The notes beneath the pieces were generated by a model. It worked only from the letters and a program-made list of their open reading frames with translations, made no database searches and was not told the origin of the DNA. The position numbers and the translations under genes were made by a program. 64,000 bases of DNA from Octopus vulgaris (lineage: Eukaryota): assembly GCA_951406725.2 (NCBI GenBank), contig OX597840.1:1860001-1924000 (forward strand), read 5' to 3'. Below are positions 13,344-26,800 of the stretch, one piece after another; the stretch's first letter is position 1; every line of letters starts with the position of its first letter.

Positions 13344-13996
13344 CATTTGTACGTTCTTCGACGGTTGACGTCACAGTGATGATATGTTATCCAAGAACAA
13401 ACCCACCAAAATTCCATCATAGTGGTAAAATACCAAAAATTATGAAGTAATAATGAAAATAAAGGAAGTGAAAAACAAACAGTGCGTCGGCTCATGTTTG
13501 GCCTAATGATCCTCACGAAATAGAAACCAGCTTCATCACGCGATTTCACATCAAGGATCGTACAAGCCGTGTATGTATGAATTTATGCATGCGTCTATGT
13601 TTGTGTATATGCATGTATGTATGTCATTATTCGGAATTATTTTAAGATTTCTTCCCAATAGAGTAAGATTCGGTTTCTAACCTAGATCCATTCCTCGATT
13701 ATTGGAATTTTACTAACATCAATCAAGTATTTTTTTGCATATATCTGTGGTTATAGTGTTTGAAATCAGTGCATGGACAGATTTGTATGTTTTGTTTTAT
13801 GTGCATATCCCCGTGCATATAGTTGCGTGTCTAAACATGCTCATATAATCTTTAATGGTAAACCAATTTTCAGTTCTAGTGACGGCTGAGTCAGTAGACT
13901 TCGGCTCAGCATTCTCCTTTCTTGTTTAGAGAAGCTTAATTTTATTTCTCAAGTTTAGTGCTTATGCATGTATATATGTACGTAGATATGTATGTG

Positions 13997-14091
<95 letters not shown>

Positions 14092-14092
<1 letters not shown>

Positions 14093-14205
14093 GAGTTTAC
14101 AAAACAAACAGATGTATTAGTATAACTCTCAGGAATAGCAAAAGTCTTTTACGTTTCGAGCCTACACTCTTCTACAGAGAAGGACACAGAAAAAACAAGG
14201 AGAAA
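14092..14205 (-). mobile_element. Hammerhead element family H2, internally deleted, decayed core
   Basis: Homologous to 39364-39563; core reads CUGUAGA; flanked by (TA)n. Confidence 0.65.
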
Positions 14206-14236
14206 TATATATGTATATATGCATATATGTATGCAG

Positions 14237-14267
<31 letters not shown>

Positions 14268-15592
14268 TGTATGTATGTATGTATGTATGTATGTATGTAT
14301 GTATGTATGTATGTATGTATGTATGCATGTATGTATGAGCGTAGTCTCCAGCCTTCAGAATAGCATTCAACCGTTTGGGATATATTCCTTTATAGAGACG
14401 ATATAATATAGAGCAGCATAATTTTCCTTGTATTCTCGTTTTAATTTGCAAGATTATTTGATCCTATTTTGCTCCCTGCCTTCTTTTGAAACAGTAGCAT
14501 TTTTTCGGATGTTATAATTGGAGAGAAATTTAGCTGCTACTTCTAGCAGATCCAATGATCGAGAAATCTCCATGTTTGCTCTAGGTGATGAAGTTAAACA
14601 AAACGGCAAGTTAATTCTACTAATAATACACGAGTTATTTATGTTTTACTTTATTTGTTCCATTCATCTCATCCTCGAAAAAAAACACGAAATATATTTT
14701 ACAATGCAACTACGAATGCTTCAACAGAAAATACAAATTGTTTTAACAAAAAAATAATTCCTCTGTGTTTGTCTATTCGTTTTTTTACTCTCATTTTTTT
14801 TTGTTGCTGTGTTTTTAGTTATTTTGGTTAATTTGATTCCCTTGCAGTTGTTTTCGTGTTATGCATCATACATTCATTCTTTAAAAAAAAAAATGTTATT
14901 TTTATTTTCTTGTTCACCATTTCTGCTAGCGCTCCAGAGAAATCGAAACTAACTAGAACTAACTACTGCAAAAAAAGAAACGAAAAACAAGCGGGTCTCT
15001 TCAATCACGCTATGTCCGCTTGGTTGGTTTATTTTACAACTGCGAATAATCCAGCTAGGAGCATATCGCTCTAAACAACAAGCATCACCAACTCCAAAAA
15101 CGAGCAACTTCTTCACCAGATTTCCAACACCACTCACTCTTCTACGCATCACCATCACAACCATCACCACCCTATATAAATTTAACTCTGCTGATGTTAC
15201 GATTTACGTGTCAGTTATATTAAAAAGTTTAGCTCCTTCTACAACCTAGTAGCTATCGATCTTAATATTATAAACATGACCAAACATTTACTTCGAAGTC
15301 CCTAAAACGTAGTCAAACGTTATCAGCTCTATTGTAGTAGTTGCCTGCCATAATGGCAATAAGATAATTTCCATCCACTTCCAGCTGCTTGAATTTCTTT
15401 TTGATAAATGTTCTGCTTCTTTCTCATCCGCGTTCGAATACAACCAAGGCCTGCTGGATAGAAAACTACAGCCAAATGAGATGATGTTCTGCTCTCACTC
15501 TTTCTTATCTTTCTATACATATGTATGTATACGTATCACATACACACATATACACACATTCACACATATACACACATTCACACTAATACACA

Positions 15593-15633
<41 letters not shown>

Positions 15634-15634
<1 letters not shown>

Positions 15635-15820
15635 AGGAGAATTTACGAAAAAAGGCAAAAGACGAAGACAGGTGGTGTAGACAACAAACAGATGTATTAG
15701 TATAACGCTCAGGAATAGAAAAAGTATTTTACGTTTCGAGCCTACGCTCTTTTACAGAAAAGGGACACAGAAAAAACAAGGAGAGAAAAAAATGTGTGTA
15801 ATGCCTAACGATCTATCTTG
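15634..15820 (-). mobile_element. Hammerhead element family H2, decayed core
   Basis: Homologous to 39364-39563 with nearly the same ends; core CUGUAAA; TA flanks. Confidence 0.7.
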
Positions 15821-16077
15821 TATATATATATATATATGCATTTAAGTATCTATACAAAACATGTATGTGCATGTGTGTGTATGTGTGTATGTGTGTGCGT
15901 ATACTTTGAGAATATCTAGAAGCACAAAATTAAATGTACAAAACCATAAGATGTAAATATTGGCATGAAGAAATAATGATTTATAGGTCTATCTGTGTGC
16001 TTCGAGATATTCCAGAAACGAATCACTCCATGGTCTCCCGAAAACTTCGAAAATTCAAATGACACCATATACATACA

Positions 16078-16112
<35 letters not shown>

Positions 16113-16155
16113 GTGTGTGCGTGTCTGTATTAGTGTCCGTGTGTATGAATCTATC

Positions 16156-16244
<89 letters not shown>

Positions 16245-16250
16245 ATTCAA

Positions 16251-16457
16251 AATGTGACCGCGGTTGTACCGTTAGCGATTTTTTTCCTCCGTCTTACCTT
16301 CTTTGGATCTTTCCTTTTTCTATGTTTCTGACGAAGAGTTCCGCTCGAAACGTTAAACCGATCTTCTTTCCTTCTTTCCTGAGCGTTCAATAACACTATA
16401 CGTGTTCCACGTCCTCGCGTTATTGTGTTTTCTCTTTGTGTTTTCATGTTTGAATTA

Positions 16458-16461
<4 letters not shown>
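16251..16461 (+). mobile_element. Hammerhead element family H1 (PLE terminal-repeat-like, ~210 bp)
   Basis: Homologous to 18203-18400, 48263-48446 and 59493-59690; (TA)n on both sides. Confidence 0.8.
16324..16358 (+). ncRNA. Minimal type I hammerhead ribozyme motif, intact
   Basis: GUUU CUGACGA A GAGU UCC GCUC GAAAC GUU AAAC: 4-bp stem I, stem II and a palindromic ACGU stem III. Confidence 0.75.
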
Positions 16462-16523
<62 letters not shown>

Positions 16524-16530
<7 letters not shown>

Positions 16531-17031
16531 CTGAGAATGTGTGTCTGTCTGTGTTCTGTATTAGCCCTAAAACTCGATAAGAATCCAACCGATTTCATCC
16601 AAACTTTGCACATGCATTACTTAGTGTCCTTGAGTGCCTAATGCAGGCCCGAAGCAATCTTTCTGATTGATTCAGTATTACATATCAAAAAGATGACACT
16701 GTTTCACTTTTATTCTTTTACTTTTAATTCTAAGATCATTTTATTCCTATTACATTTTAAATAAATAATTTATATCCTAATGTGAACAACATTACGCATC
16801 GGCAACTCACCGTCTTCGTGGCGTCTTCGTGTGTCAGTAAATGCGTTGACTGACTTAATGAGTAGCTGCAGGTGAAACTCTTAACAAAAAACAATGAGCT
16901 GGCAGGTCCAAGGTATATAAAACTATACATCTACCGTTCAATTACCAGTTGATAATTATCACAGCAGTTGTAAGGTTGCAAGGTATTTACGGTTACGTAT
17001 TAACCCTTAAATTGACATTTAATACATGGGC

Positions 17032-17035
<4 letters not shown>
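16524..17035 (+). mobile_element. Possible 5' part of a non-autonomous Helitron-like element
   Basis: TATATAA...GTGTGTCTGTCTGT...ACCGATTTCATCCAAACTTTGCAC resembles the start of 6910-7310; no 3' hairpin or CTAG seen. Confidence 0.4.
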
Positions 17036-17089
<54 letters not shown>

Positions 17090-17125
17090 AAGAAGGTTTG
17101 AAAATGCAATTTAAAAGATGTTTAT

Positions 17126-17170
17126 TTACTTAACCGGTTTCACTCTTTGGAAAAAGATTGTCAAAAGTAA
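17126..17170 (-). ncRNA. Minimal hammerhead motif with U3-A8 covariant core
   Basis: Minus: UUACUU UUGACAA UCUUU UUCC AAAGA GU GAAAC CG GUU AAGUAA; 6-bp stem I, 5-bp stem II, palindromic ACCGGU; about 40 bp from a (TA)n tract. Confidence 0.6.
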
Positions 17171-17934
17171 CATATGGAAGTTTGGTTGCGTTAATTATTG
17201 GTTGTTGCAAATTGCCACATTACATGTATATATACAGTTTTTGGTAACAGGGACATGTTAAGGGCATAAAATAGTACAACAGTATGATGAGAATACTTGA
17301 AAAAATGGGCAGAAAAGATTAAAACAAATATATTATACATCTCAGGGTAATTTCCAGGAGGAAATATCAAAAAATATATATATAAAGAAATAATTATAAT
17401 TATTGTGGTATTTACCGTTAAATTAGGAGTTCGTACATTTGCTTCTATTTGGTTCATTTGTTTATATTTGGCTAACTTATACTGAATGCAAAGGTAATGA
17501 CATACATCTGCTTACAAAAATAAAGATAGATTTATAATTTCTATGTTCATAATTGGAGTCTCACGACAGAAGCAAGATGAAACGTTCTCATGATCGGCAA
17601 ATGCACGCTGCAGCATGTAAGATGGAGCCTCGATACAGAAGAGAGGTGAGATTTTCCCAAGATCTGCAAAGGCATGGTGCTGCACTTAATGCTGAATCAT
17701 TGAAACAACTTTTTAATGATTTGACAGGTGTCCAATAGAATAGCTCTCAGAAACAGGACGCGTACAGATTCGTTCTTCACAACTCCTGGAGCTACTTTCA
17801 GATATGATCCATCTCTTTCTTATATAAATGATAATTCTGTCCAAATTGGTGTCTAAACTCAAATTGTCGTTTCTGCAAAGCTTTAAATTTCCAAATGAAA
17901 CTAATAATATGCATATGTACACATTTATATTTAT

Positions 17935-18164
17935 GTGTTTTTGTGTCTGTGTTTGTCACCCCAATCACCATCACTGATTGGAAACCTGTGTTGGTGTGTT
18001 TCCGTCCCCGTAAAGTTGCGGTTTGGTAAAACAGCAAAACAAAAATACGTACAAGGCTTACAACGAAAACGTTCTGGGGTGGATTTCTTCAACTAAAAAT
18101 ACCCATTAGGGCAGTGCCTCAACATAGCTATAATCAAATGACAAAAACGAGTAAAAGAGTAAAA

Positions 18165-18168
<4 letters not shown>
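17935..18168 (+). mobile_element. Diverged 3' half of SINE family A
   Basis: GTGTTTGTCACCCC...CAAATGACAAAAACGAGTAAAAGAGTAAAAG. Confidence 0.7.
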
Positions 18169-18202
<34 letters not shown>

Positions 18203-18207
<5 letters not shown>

Positions 18208-18400
18208 ATCCAAACAAGAAAGCACAAAAAAACACAACAACGCGAGGACGTGGAACAAATATAGTATTATTGGACGCTCAGGAAAGAAGGAGGGTTTAAC
18301 GTTTCGAGCGGAGCTCTTCGACGGAAACATAGGAGAAGGAAAGATCCAGAGAAGGGAAGACAGAGGGAAAAAATCGCCAACGGTACACACGAGGTCACAA

Positions 18401-18440
<40 letters not shown>

Positions 18441-18532
18441 AATCCAAACAAGAAAGCACAAAAAAACACAACAACCCGAGGACGTGGAACAAATATAGTA
18501 TTATTGGACGCTCAGGAAAGAAGGAAAGAAGT
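18203..18532 (-). mobile_element. Hammerhead element family H1: full unit (18203-18400) plus a tandem 3' fragment (18437-18532)
   Basis: Core CCGUCGA...GAAACGUU at 18294-18328; the two pieces are separated by (TA)n. Confidence 0.8.
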
Positions 18533-20168
18533 GTACACACACACACACACACAAACACATGTACTCACTCACTGAGCTCCTATACACAGAAGCATCTACG
18601 CGATGTTTTCTATATCTCCCGAAACTGTGGCACCAGTAATAAATAATATATAAAGGCGTAATGCCGTGTATTATCATGGATGGCCGAGAAAGACGAACAA
18701 ACGTCCTTACAGTTGTCTATAGAATCCCTATTCATCCCGAGATGAAATAATCACTATAATCGATAAAAATATATTACTGAAAACCTAGGTTGATGTTATC
18801 GATTATAGCTGCATCCGCCTTAATTAGCGTGGCCTAATAATTAACTAATTAAGGACTTCACTTGCTGTCGTGTATGACCCATGACTTCGAATCGACATGT
18901 GGAATCACTCTCACACGTTCTTCTCTCGCTCTTCTACATCGATATATAGCTACCTGTCTCTGTCTGTCTGTCTTTCTATCTCACTTCCTTTCTTCGTGTG
19001 TTTCTGCCTGTCTGTCTCTCTGTCTCTCTGTCTGTTTGTCAGTCTTTCTCACTTTCTCTCTGTTTCTCAGCTTGCTTTGCTACATTTCTGCGTGTGTGTA
19101 TGTGTCTGTGTATGTGTGTGTGTGAGTGTGTGTGTATGTGAGTGCCTGTGAGTGTGTGTGTCTTTCTGTTAATCTGTCTCTGTCTATTTTTCTTCTCTCT
19201 TTTTGTCAGTCTGTCTCTGTCACTCTTTCTCTTTATTTATCTCTTTCTCTCTTTCTCTCGCTCTCTCTCTTTCTCCATCTATCTTTCTTTCTATCTCTTC
19301 CGTTTCCCAGCGAAAATCTCATTAGCTCAGAAATTTTCCAGGTTTTAAAGTCATTTAAATGTCGAAGTTTGCAAGGCCACCCATCCAACTAGAACGCCAG
19401 TCTGTAGAATGTTTGAGCAGCAGATATTTCTAGAACGCATTATTAACTGACTGGATCGGAGAAAGCTGAATTCCAGTACGTTAATCAACGTCACAACCCA
19501 ACACAATGACCGAGAATCGAACTACGATCCTACGAATCGTAAGAGCTACAACCTTACCATTAGGTTACATGATTTCCTTTTGTCATGAGTTTGTTCATTA
19601 ATCTAGTCCTCCATATAATTGCGAACAGAAACAAGAATCGTCTCGGTGATGGTGTGCAGCATTTTGTCACAACTATCTTGGGAGTCACTTCTTTGACGCA
19701 ACTGATTCGACGCTGACCTACTTGACCTAGGACGTTTTATTGTTTTCTCCCGTTTTAATCTTTGTATCGTTCTCTATCTAGCATTCTTTGTATCTCTTTC
19801 TCTGATCTCTTTCTCTCTCTGTCTTTCTCTTTGTCTTTGCGTGTTTCTGCATATTTCTCTCTAAGCGAAAACTCTTTATGAAAATGGTGGTCAATTAACA
19901 AATTGTAATGTATCTCTCCGTTTCTCTTCTTTTCTCTCCTTGCTCCTCTCTATCTCCTTGTCCCTAACTTCTTCTTCTCCTGCGCTTCTGCCTCTCTCCC
20001 CTCCCCTAGCATCCACTTTGTCTCTTTCTTCTCCCCCTCCTCCCTCTCTCTCTCTACTTTTCTGTCTCTTTCTCTGCGATTATGCCTGTGACCATATTTC
20101 TATATATGTGCTTGAGGACAGGCGCAAGTTTGCACGAGAATCCTCATCAACAAGTAAATTGCAAGCAT

Positions 20169-20205
<37 letters not shown>

Positions 20206-21416
20206 CACTCATTCACGTTCTTTCTCAATCCATCCGTATATCTGTATTCCTGTGTAGGCGCGCATGTATCTGTTTTCAACGATTATGTTGCTAAAGAATG
20301 TTGAATATCCAACCGGTCTAACCAAACCGTTAGAGTCCAGGCAGCTCCAGCTAATTGTTCAATTTCGGTCAGTCCTCTCACACTTGAGTCAGAAAAATAT
20401 CGTGGATGAAGCAACTAGATGGAATCAAAAGCCCCAATTAAAAATTGGCGGGAATTGATCACAGAGCAGTAAGTACTACGAACTTCGAATCACATCCGTT
20501 TAGAAGTTCAAACGACTCAACTAATCAACAACATTTGTCGCCTTGAAATTATGAATATCATAATATATCGATCTACAATTGTAGTTTAATAAACTGATTG
20601 TACAAAATTGAACAAAGATGAAAAGCAAATTTTAAACCAAGATGAAAAGCAAATTTAAAATTGGCAGGATTTGAACGCAGAACGTAAAGTGCTTCAGCAC
20701 AGTTTGTGTCGGTAGTCTAACGGCTCGGGTAATCATCAGTAGCTGTCGCCTAGAATTTATAATCGTATCATTTATCAATGTGCGAATGTAGTGTAATAAA
20801 GTAATAGCAGAGAATTCATCAGCAATGAGATATGGTGGCACAGATAAAAAACATAATTGGAGTGAAAAGGTGTATGAGTTCGCATAGAATCGCGTGACAC
20901 ATATTTGACTGTGGTTACGAAGAACAAATCTATGATTTTTTTTACGATAATAAAACGAGCCTCGTTTTTGCTGATCGCTCATATACGAATCTTCAAAGAC
21001 GAACTTGAAATTATTTTAAGTGATATCTTAAAATGCATGTACGTGAAAACTGTAAACCAATTAAGGCGGGCTTCGTTATACTCTATCTGGTGATACACGG
21101 CAGACTACTATTAATATTACACGAGACTCAACGCTCTATATCAAAGGCTCACTGTGAACTGCTTGCCAACTACAAGCAGACATGTTTTACGGTTCACTCT
21201 TAAATTTCACATTAAATTGAGTCATCCATACACACACACACACACACTATATGTATATACATGTCTACACACAAACACACACACACACATATACATACTC
21301 AACACACACATACACACATGCTCATATATACACGCACATATATACATGCACACACGCAGACGCACAAATATATATGTACGTAGGTATGTTTGTATATATG
21401 TATGTATGTACATGAG

Positions 21417-21456
<40 letters not shown>

Positions 21457-21572
21457 TACAAAACTCGAAAAAAAAGACGGAAATAAGAACAATTGTGGTG
21501 TCTGGGTTAGAATTGGAACTGCTCGTCTAAAATAAAGCAAGAACGTAAACAACAATGATGATGATGATCATG

Positions 21573-21638
<66 letters not shown>

Positions 21639-22091
21639 TAATAATAATAATAATAATATTACTACCCATGTATTTTAATTTAACTTTAAAAAAATGAACG
21701 AACTAGTGAGTTTAGTTTAATGACCTACCAATGTATACTATGAGTTTCTTTGCCCTAGGAGTCGGGAAGACACTCGGCAAGAAATGGAAGCAAATTTGAA
21801 AGAAGAAAAAAAAAGGAACAAAAATAATAATAATAATGATGATGATGATGATGATGATGATACGAAAGGATGGGTGAACGCTGAGCAAACTATATTTAAA
21901 CGAAGCACATTGTTGTGTTCGGTTTTAAAGCAATTAAAACAAAATGAAAAAACGTTGTTTCGATAAAACAGAGGTCTTTGATTGATGCGAATCAACATTC
22001 GAGAATATACGTTTAAATTGAAGAAGAAAATAAGGAGGTGTTAATGTATTCGAAAAGATATTTTGAAACGGTGAGAGCATTAATGCTAAAT

Positions 22092-22165
<74 letters not shown>

Positions 22166-22187
22166 ACTACTACTGCTGCTGCTGCTG

Positions 22188-22233
<46 letters not shown>

Positions 22234-22285
22234 CACTGCTGCTGCTGGTGCTGTTTCTACTACTATAACTACTACTGCTTCTGCT
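22092..22285. repeat. Compound (CTA)n/(CTG)n microsatellite
   Basis: Read directly from the sequence. Confidence 0.95.
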
Positions 22286-22369
22286 AGTACACACAGACAC
22301 ACACACACATATACATACGTGCATGCAGACATATTCTTTTAGATTTTTTGCAAAAAGCTAGCAGATTCA

Positions 22370-22514
22370 AGTGCTATCATTTGAAATCTCCGTATACCGG
22401 GTGCTAGCAAGTTTATAGGGTCATCAGGTGATAGTGCGCGCTGTTTCGAGGCCATCCTCTTGACAGCATCTTTACACACCGACCCCGCTCAGTGTAATGA
22501 GGCCCGCTTCCTAG
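22370..22514 (-). repeat. Second copy of the unclassified coding-like repeat
   Basis: GGGTCATCAGG...TGCGCGC...GAGGCCC shared with the reverse complement of 5490-5645. Confidence 0.55.
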
Positions 22515-22589
22515 ATCAACTGGATACTAGGTTTCCTTCAATGTTCTTCTTGCCATTGCTCGTTGTTCCCTTTTATCCAAATTGGTTTC

Positions 22590-23366
22590 AAATTTTGGTA
22601 CAAGGCCAGTGATTTCAGAGAGGATGTAATTCGATTACTTCGACCCCTGTATTTGGCTGGTACTTAATTAACGACCCCAAATAATGAAAGGAAAAATTGA
22701 CCTCGGTGGAATTTTAATTCAGAATGTAAAGATGGGCGAAAGACCACTATGAATTTTTCCCGGGGTGCAAACGTTTCTTATTTCTTTACTGCCCACAAGG
22801 GGCTACGCACAGAGGGGACAAACAAGGACAGACATACGGATTAAGTCGATTATATCGACCCCAGTGCGTAACTGGTACTTAATTTATCGACCCGAAAGGA
22901 TGAAAGGCAAAGTCGACCACGGCGGAAATTGAACTCAGAACGTAACGGCAGACAAAATACCTATTTCTTTACTACCCACAAGGGGCTACACACAGACTGG
23001 AAAAACAAGGACAGACACACGGTTTAAGTCGATTATATCGACCCCAGTGCGTAACTGGTACTTAATTTATCGACCCCGAAAGGATGAAAGGCAAAGTCGA
23101 CCTCGGCGGAATTTGAACTCAGAACGTTACGGCAAACGAAATACTTATTTCTTTACTACACACAAGGAACTAAACACAGAGAGGACAAACAAGGAAAGAC
23201 AAACGGATTAAGTCGATTATATTGACCTCAGTGTGTAGTTGGTACTTATTTAATTGACCCCGAAAGGATGAAAGGCAAAGTCGACCTCGGCGGAATCTGA
23301 ACATAATGGCAGACGAAATGCCGCTAAGCATTTCGCCCGGCGTGCAACCGTGTCCGCCAGCTCGTC
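22590..23366 (-). mobile_element. SINE family B cluster: an older copy plus a one-head, three-body tandem multimer
   Basis: Units start at 22779, 22962 and 23146 (period 183-184); only one head, at about 23320-23366. Confidence 0.9.
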
Positions 23367-23883
23367 ATTTTAATATGTATTATTATTAAAAGTGATTCTA
23401 CGTGCTTATCATGCTACGCGCTGCTATGATCATCTGGCGAATTTAACAACATATGATACACGGTTATGAAACTCCAAAAGTACCCCATTTATCAGTAACT
23501 ACTTAAATTTTGACTTGGGAACAGATTCTCGAAGCAATTACGAAGCATTGCCTAATTTGTACTATTTGTTATGTTCTCACAAGTCGTCCTTTGTTTTAAA
23601 CAAACTCAATATCCTTTTATACCTATAAAATGTTCTAAAGCCTAATCAGAAGAGCAATACTTCCTCTTGAAAATACCCTCAGCTACAGTAAGTACCACCA
23701 ATCGAAGGTACCGAAGTCTAGTACTCTACTTAATGCTCATTTTTGGCAGATATGCATGGTGATTTATGGAATCGACACGGATATCAGATAGGAAAATTTG
23801 CTGTTCAAATTATAAAGATACCAATATACGTACATCATGGTTTATGAATTTATATGCATCTCTACATATGTACCTTTATAAGA

Positions 23884-23923
<40 letters not shown>

Positions 23924-24400
23924 TACCGTAGCCTACATACCGTCTATTTGCCTCAGAGCTATATATATATATATATATATATATATCATGGCAAATATCG
24001 TATTTCTCCTTAGATTGAAAAATGATCAATCTACTTAATCGATATTCGAACCTTATTGGGTTCTCATCAGCCGTGCATATATCACCTGTATACATACGTA
24101 TTTGAGTCTATGAGAACACACAAACCCACGCACGTGCATATTTGTATTAACTTCCATACATATATACGCATAAGCGCATTGGTATATTAATAAAGGTAAC
24201 AGCATATATATTTGCAGCATCTATACGCGTAGTTATTGCCGGCCTTTGATTATATAAGCTGGACTCTTATCCCTATATAATGCAAAGTATGACATATTTT
24301 CGTGTGTATATATATGTGCATATACATATATATATATGCATATATATACATATATATGTATGTGTGTATATATGTATATATATATATACATATATATATG

Positions 24401-24433
<33 letters not shown>

Positions 24434-24448
24434 GTATATATATATTCC

Positions 24449-24856
24449 CTTTTACTTGTTTCAGTCATTTGACTGTGGTCATGCTGGAGTACTGCCTTTA
24501 GTCGAGCAAATCGACCCCAGGACTTATTCATTGGAAGCCTAGTACTTATTTTATCCTTCTTTTCGCCGAACCGCTAAGTTACGGTTACGTAAACACACCA
24601 GCATCGATTGTCAAGCGATGTTGGAGGACAAACACAGACACACAAACATATGCACACACACACACACACATATATATGTATACATATATACCTATATACG
24701 ACGAGCTTTTTTCAGTTTCCGTCTACCAAAACCACTCACAAGGCTTTGGTTGGCCCGAGGCTATAGTAGAAGACACTTGCCCAAGGTGCCACGCAGTAGT
24801 AATGAACCCGAAACCATGTGGTTGGTAAGCAAGCTACTTATCACACAGCCACTCCT
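24449..24856 (-). mobile_element. SINE family A
   Basis: End-to-end match to family A. Confidence 0.9.
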
Positions 24857-25422
24857 ATATATCTATATATCTATATATATCTATATATATATAAAGAGAG
24901 AGAGAGAGAGAGATTGTGTGTGTGTCCGTGTCCCGAATGTGCAAATACATGTCTATGAAAATACATACGTATACTAAGTCACTGAAGACTGCATGTATGT
25001 AGAGTATATGTATCAACAAATTTACATTATATATTCACATGCAACATTAATACACATCTACAACTAAGGAGCTAAACATTATGTAGAACTCAGATCTGAG
25101 TCAAGTGAATCGTTACTTAGGGGTCTTCCTTTAAATCAAACCATCGAATTTTAAAATGATTTTCTCCTGTGTTCCTGTATATATCTAACCCTCGCATCTA
25201 GGCCTACATATATGCATGCATACATGAAACTTAACAATATTAATAAAGTGTCACCTAATTTCATTAGCATTTTAAAAGAATTGTAATTACCTTATATTGA
25301 AATTAGGAGAATCCTGAAAGCCGAATTCAACAGATATTTGAGCAGAAACTCCTGAATATGATCAATTTGTAAACGTTCAGACACCTGTGCTCCTATACAA
25401 ATCTAAAATCCAAGCTCTTGAT

Positions 25423-25551
25423 TTGCAAACTATAGAATTTTCTCAATAAAGCCAAGAGAAAATGATGTTTTATAAACACATTCTACGAAGTTTAAAATTT
25501 TTTAATTACCTAGAAAGTATGTTAAAAACTGCCGTTCAAACCGAAAGGATC
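25423..25551 (+). mobile_element. Right half of the MITE family seen at 27014-27327
   Basis: GAATTTTCTCAATAAAGCCAAGAGAAAA...CTGCCGTTCAAACCGAAAGGATC matches 27190-27327. Confidence 0.7.
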
Positions 25552-25555
25552 AAAA

Positions 25556-26800
25556 AAATCTGTCCGTTAAAAAATATAAAAAGCTTCCAGTGTGTTAAAA
25601 TAGGTCATAAAATGTAGCACTGTAGGACAGACCCTATAGGTCGGTTCAACAAAAAGACTCGCGTAAACGGATTATCGGAAACAAAAATTACGAACAAGTC
25701 TCAAAGGAAATCTGTGTATGTAAAATTAATAACACAAACGCGAATTGACAATTGGATAAAGGACAGCGAATTCTCGATAATACACAGAGATACATGGAAA
25801 AAAATCGGAAGACCTAAATTAAATGAAACTTCGAAATTTGTCCGTGCTGTTTCAGGAAAAAGCATTACTTTTCAAGGGCGATTGATAAGGAATATTACAT
25901 TTCATGAAAGCAATCTTAAAATCTAAAGTTTTTGTTTTAGATAATACCACAAACTTTTTCGGAATTGACTGGGTGGAATAATTTAGCTTATGAGACCTCT
26001 CCATAAATATCTTCTGTAAAAAGGTTAATGGTTTTTCGTCCAGTTCATATAAATCGTCAGGCGAATTGAAAAAAAATAATAAAGTTTTTTCTGAAGTTCT
26101 GTTCGGTAAAATTAGTCTGTGTACCAAAACAAAAGTCGCTGTTTCAAATACAAGATAACGCCATACCGACATTTAAGCAAAAACGAACTGCAAAGTTCGC
26201 CACAGCAGAACACATAAATTTTGAGTTAGAGACACTAGAAAAAATTGGAGTTATACAAAAAGTAGAATATAGTCAAGAGGTAGCACCAACTCTGTACATT
26301 AAGAAACCGAATAATAAAATCACTGTGTTTGTTGATATTGGACAATTCATTGATAGAAATGGACGTCAACCAGATCCGTCGAGGGCAGACGCAATAATGA
26401 ATATTTCCCCTCCGACAAACATAGCGACCGTATAAGCATTTTTATGATTTAAATATTAATGCCAAATTTATATTGCAAATATTCATAAGCTGTGGTTTCC
26501 ACTGAATAATCTCCTGAAAAAGATATGAAGTAGAATTGATCGTAAAATTGTCAAAAATTACAAACAAGTCTCAAAGGAAATTTGTGTATGTAAAATTAAT
26601 AACACAAACACGAATTGACAATTGGAAACAGGCAGCCATGTCTCGATAATAAACATAGATATATGGAAAAAATTTGTGAGACCTAAATTAAATGAAACTT
26701 CGAAAATTTCCCGTGCTGTTTCAGGAAAAAGAATTACATTTTATGAAAGCAATTTTAAAATCTAAAGTTTCTGTTTTAAATAATACCACAAACTTATTCG
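25556..26800 (+). pseudogene. Ty3/Gypsy LTR-retrotransposon gag-pol relic, with a duplicated protease segment at 26555-26800
   Basis: Decayed CCHC knuckle (CPLK..FQCVKIGHKM*HC), protease (QLETGSHVSII; TWKKIGRPKL; NFFGIDW), RT start (LEKIGVIQKVEYS..AP..IKKPNNKI), LGQFIDRNGRQPDPSRADAI; many stops and frameshifts. Confidence 0.85.

Noticed and set aside
15329-15480. Non-repetitive minus-strand ORF with an acceptor-like site, and a nearby TATA-like motif at about 15172
   Set aside because: No recognisable homology; such motifs are expected by chance in AT-rich DNA.
17553-17738. 61-aa ORF of ordinary composition
   Set aside because: Non-ATG start, short, and no recognisable motif.
22779-23366. 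Regular repeat array as a possible CRISPR
   Set aside because: Units are 183-bp SINE bodies with no unique spacers, in a eukaryotic context with no cas genes.
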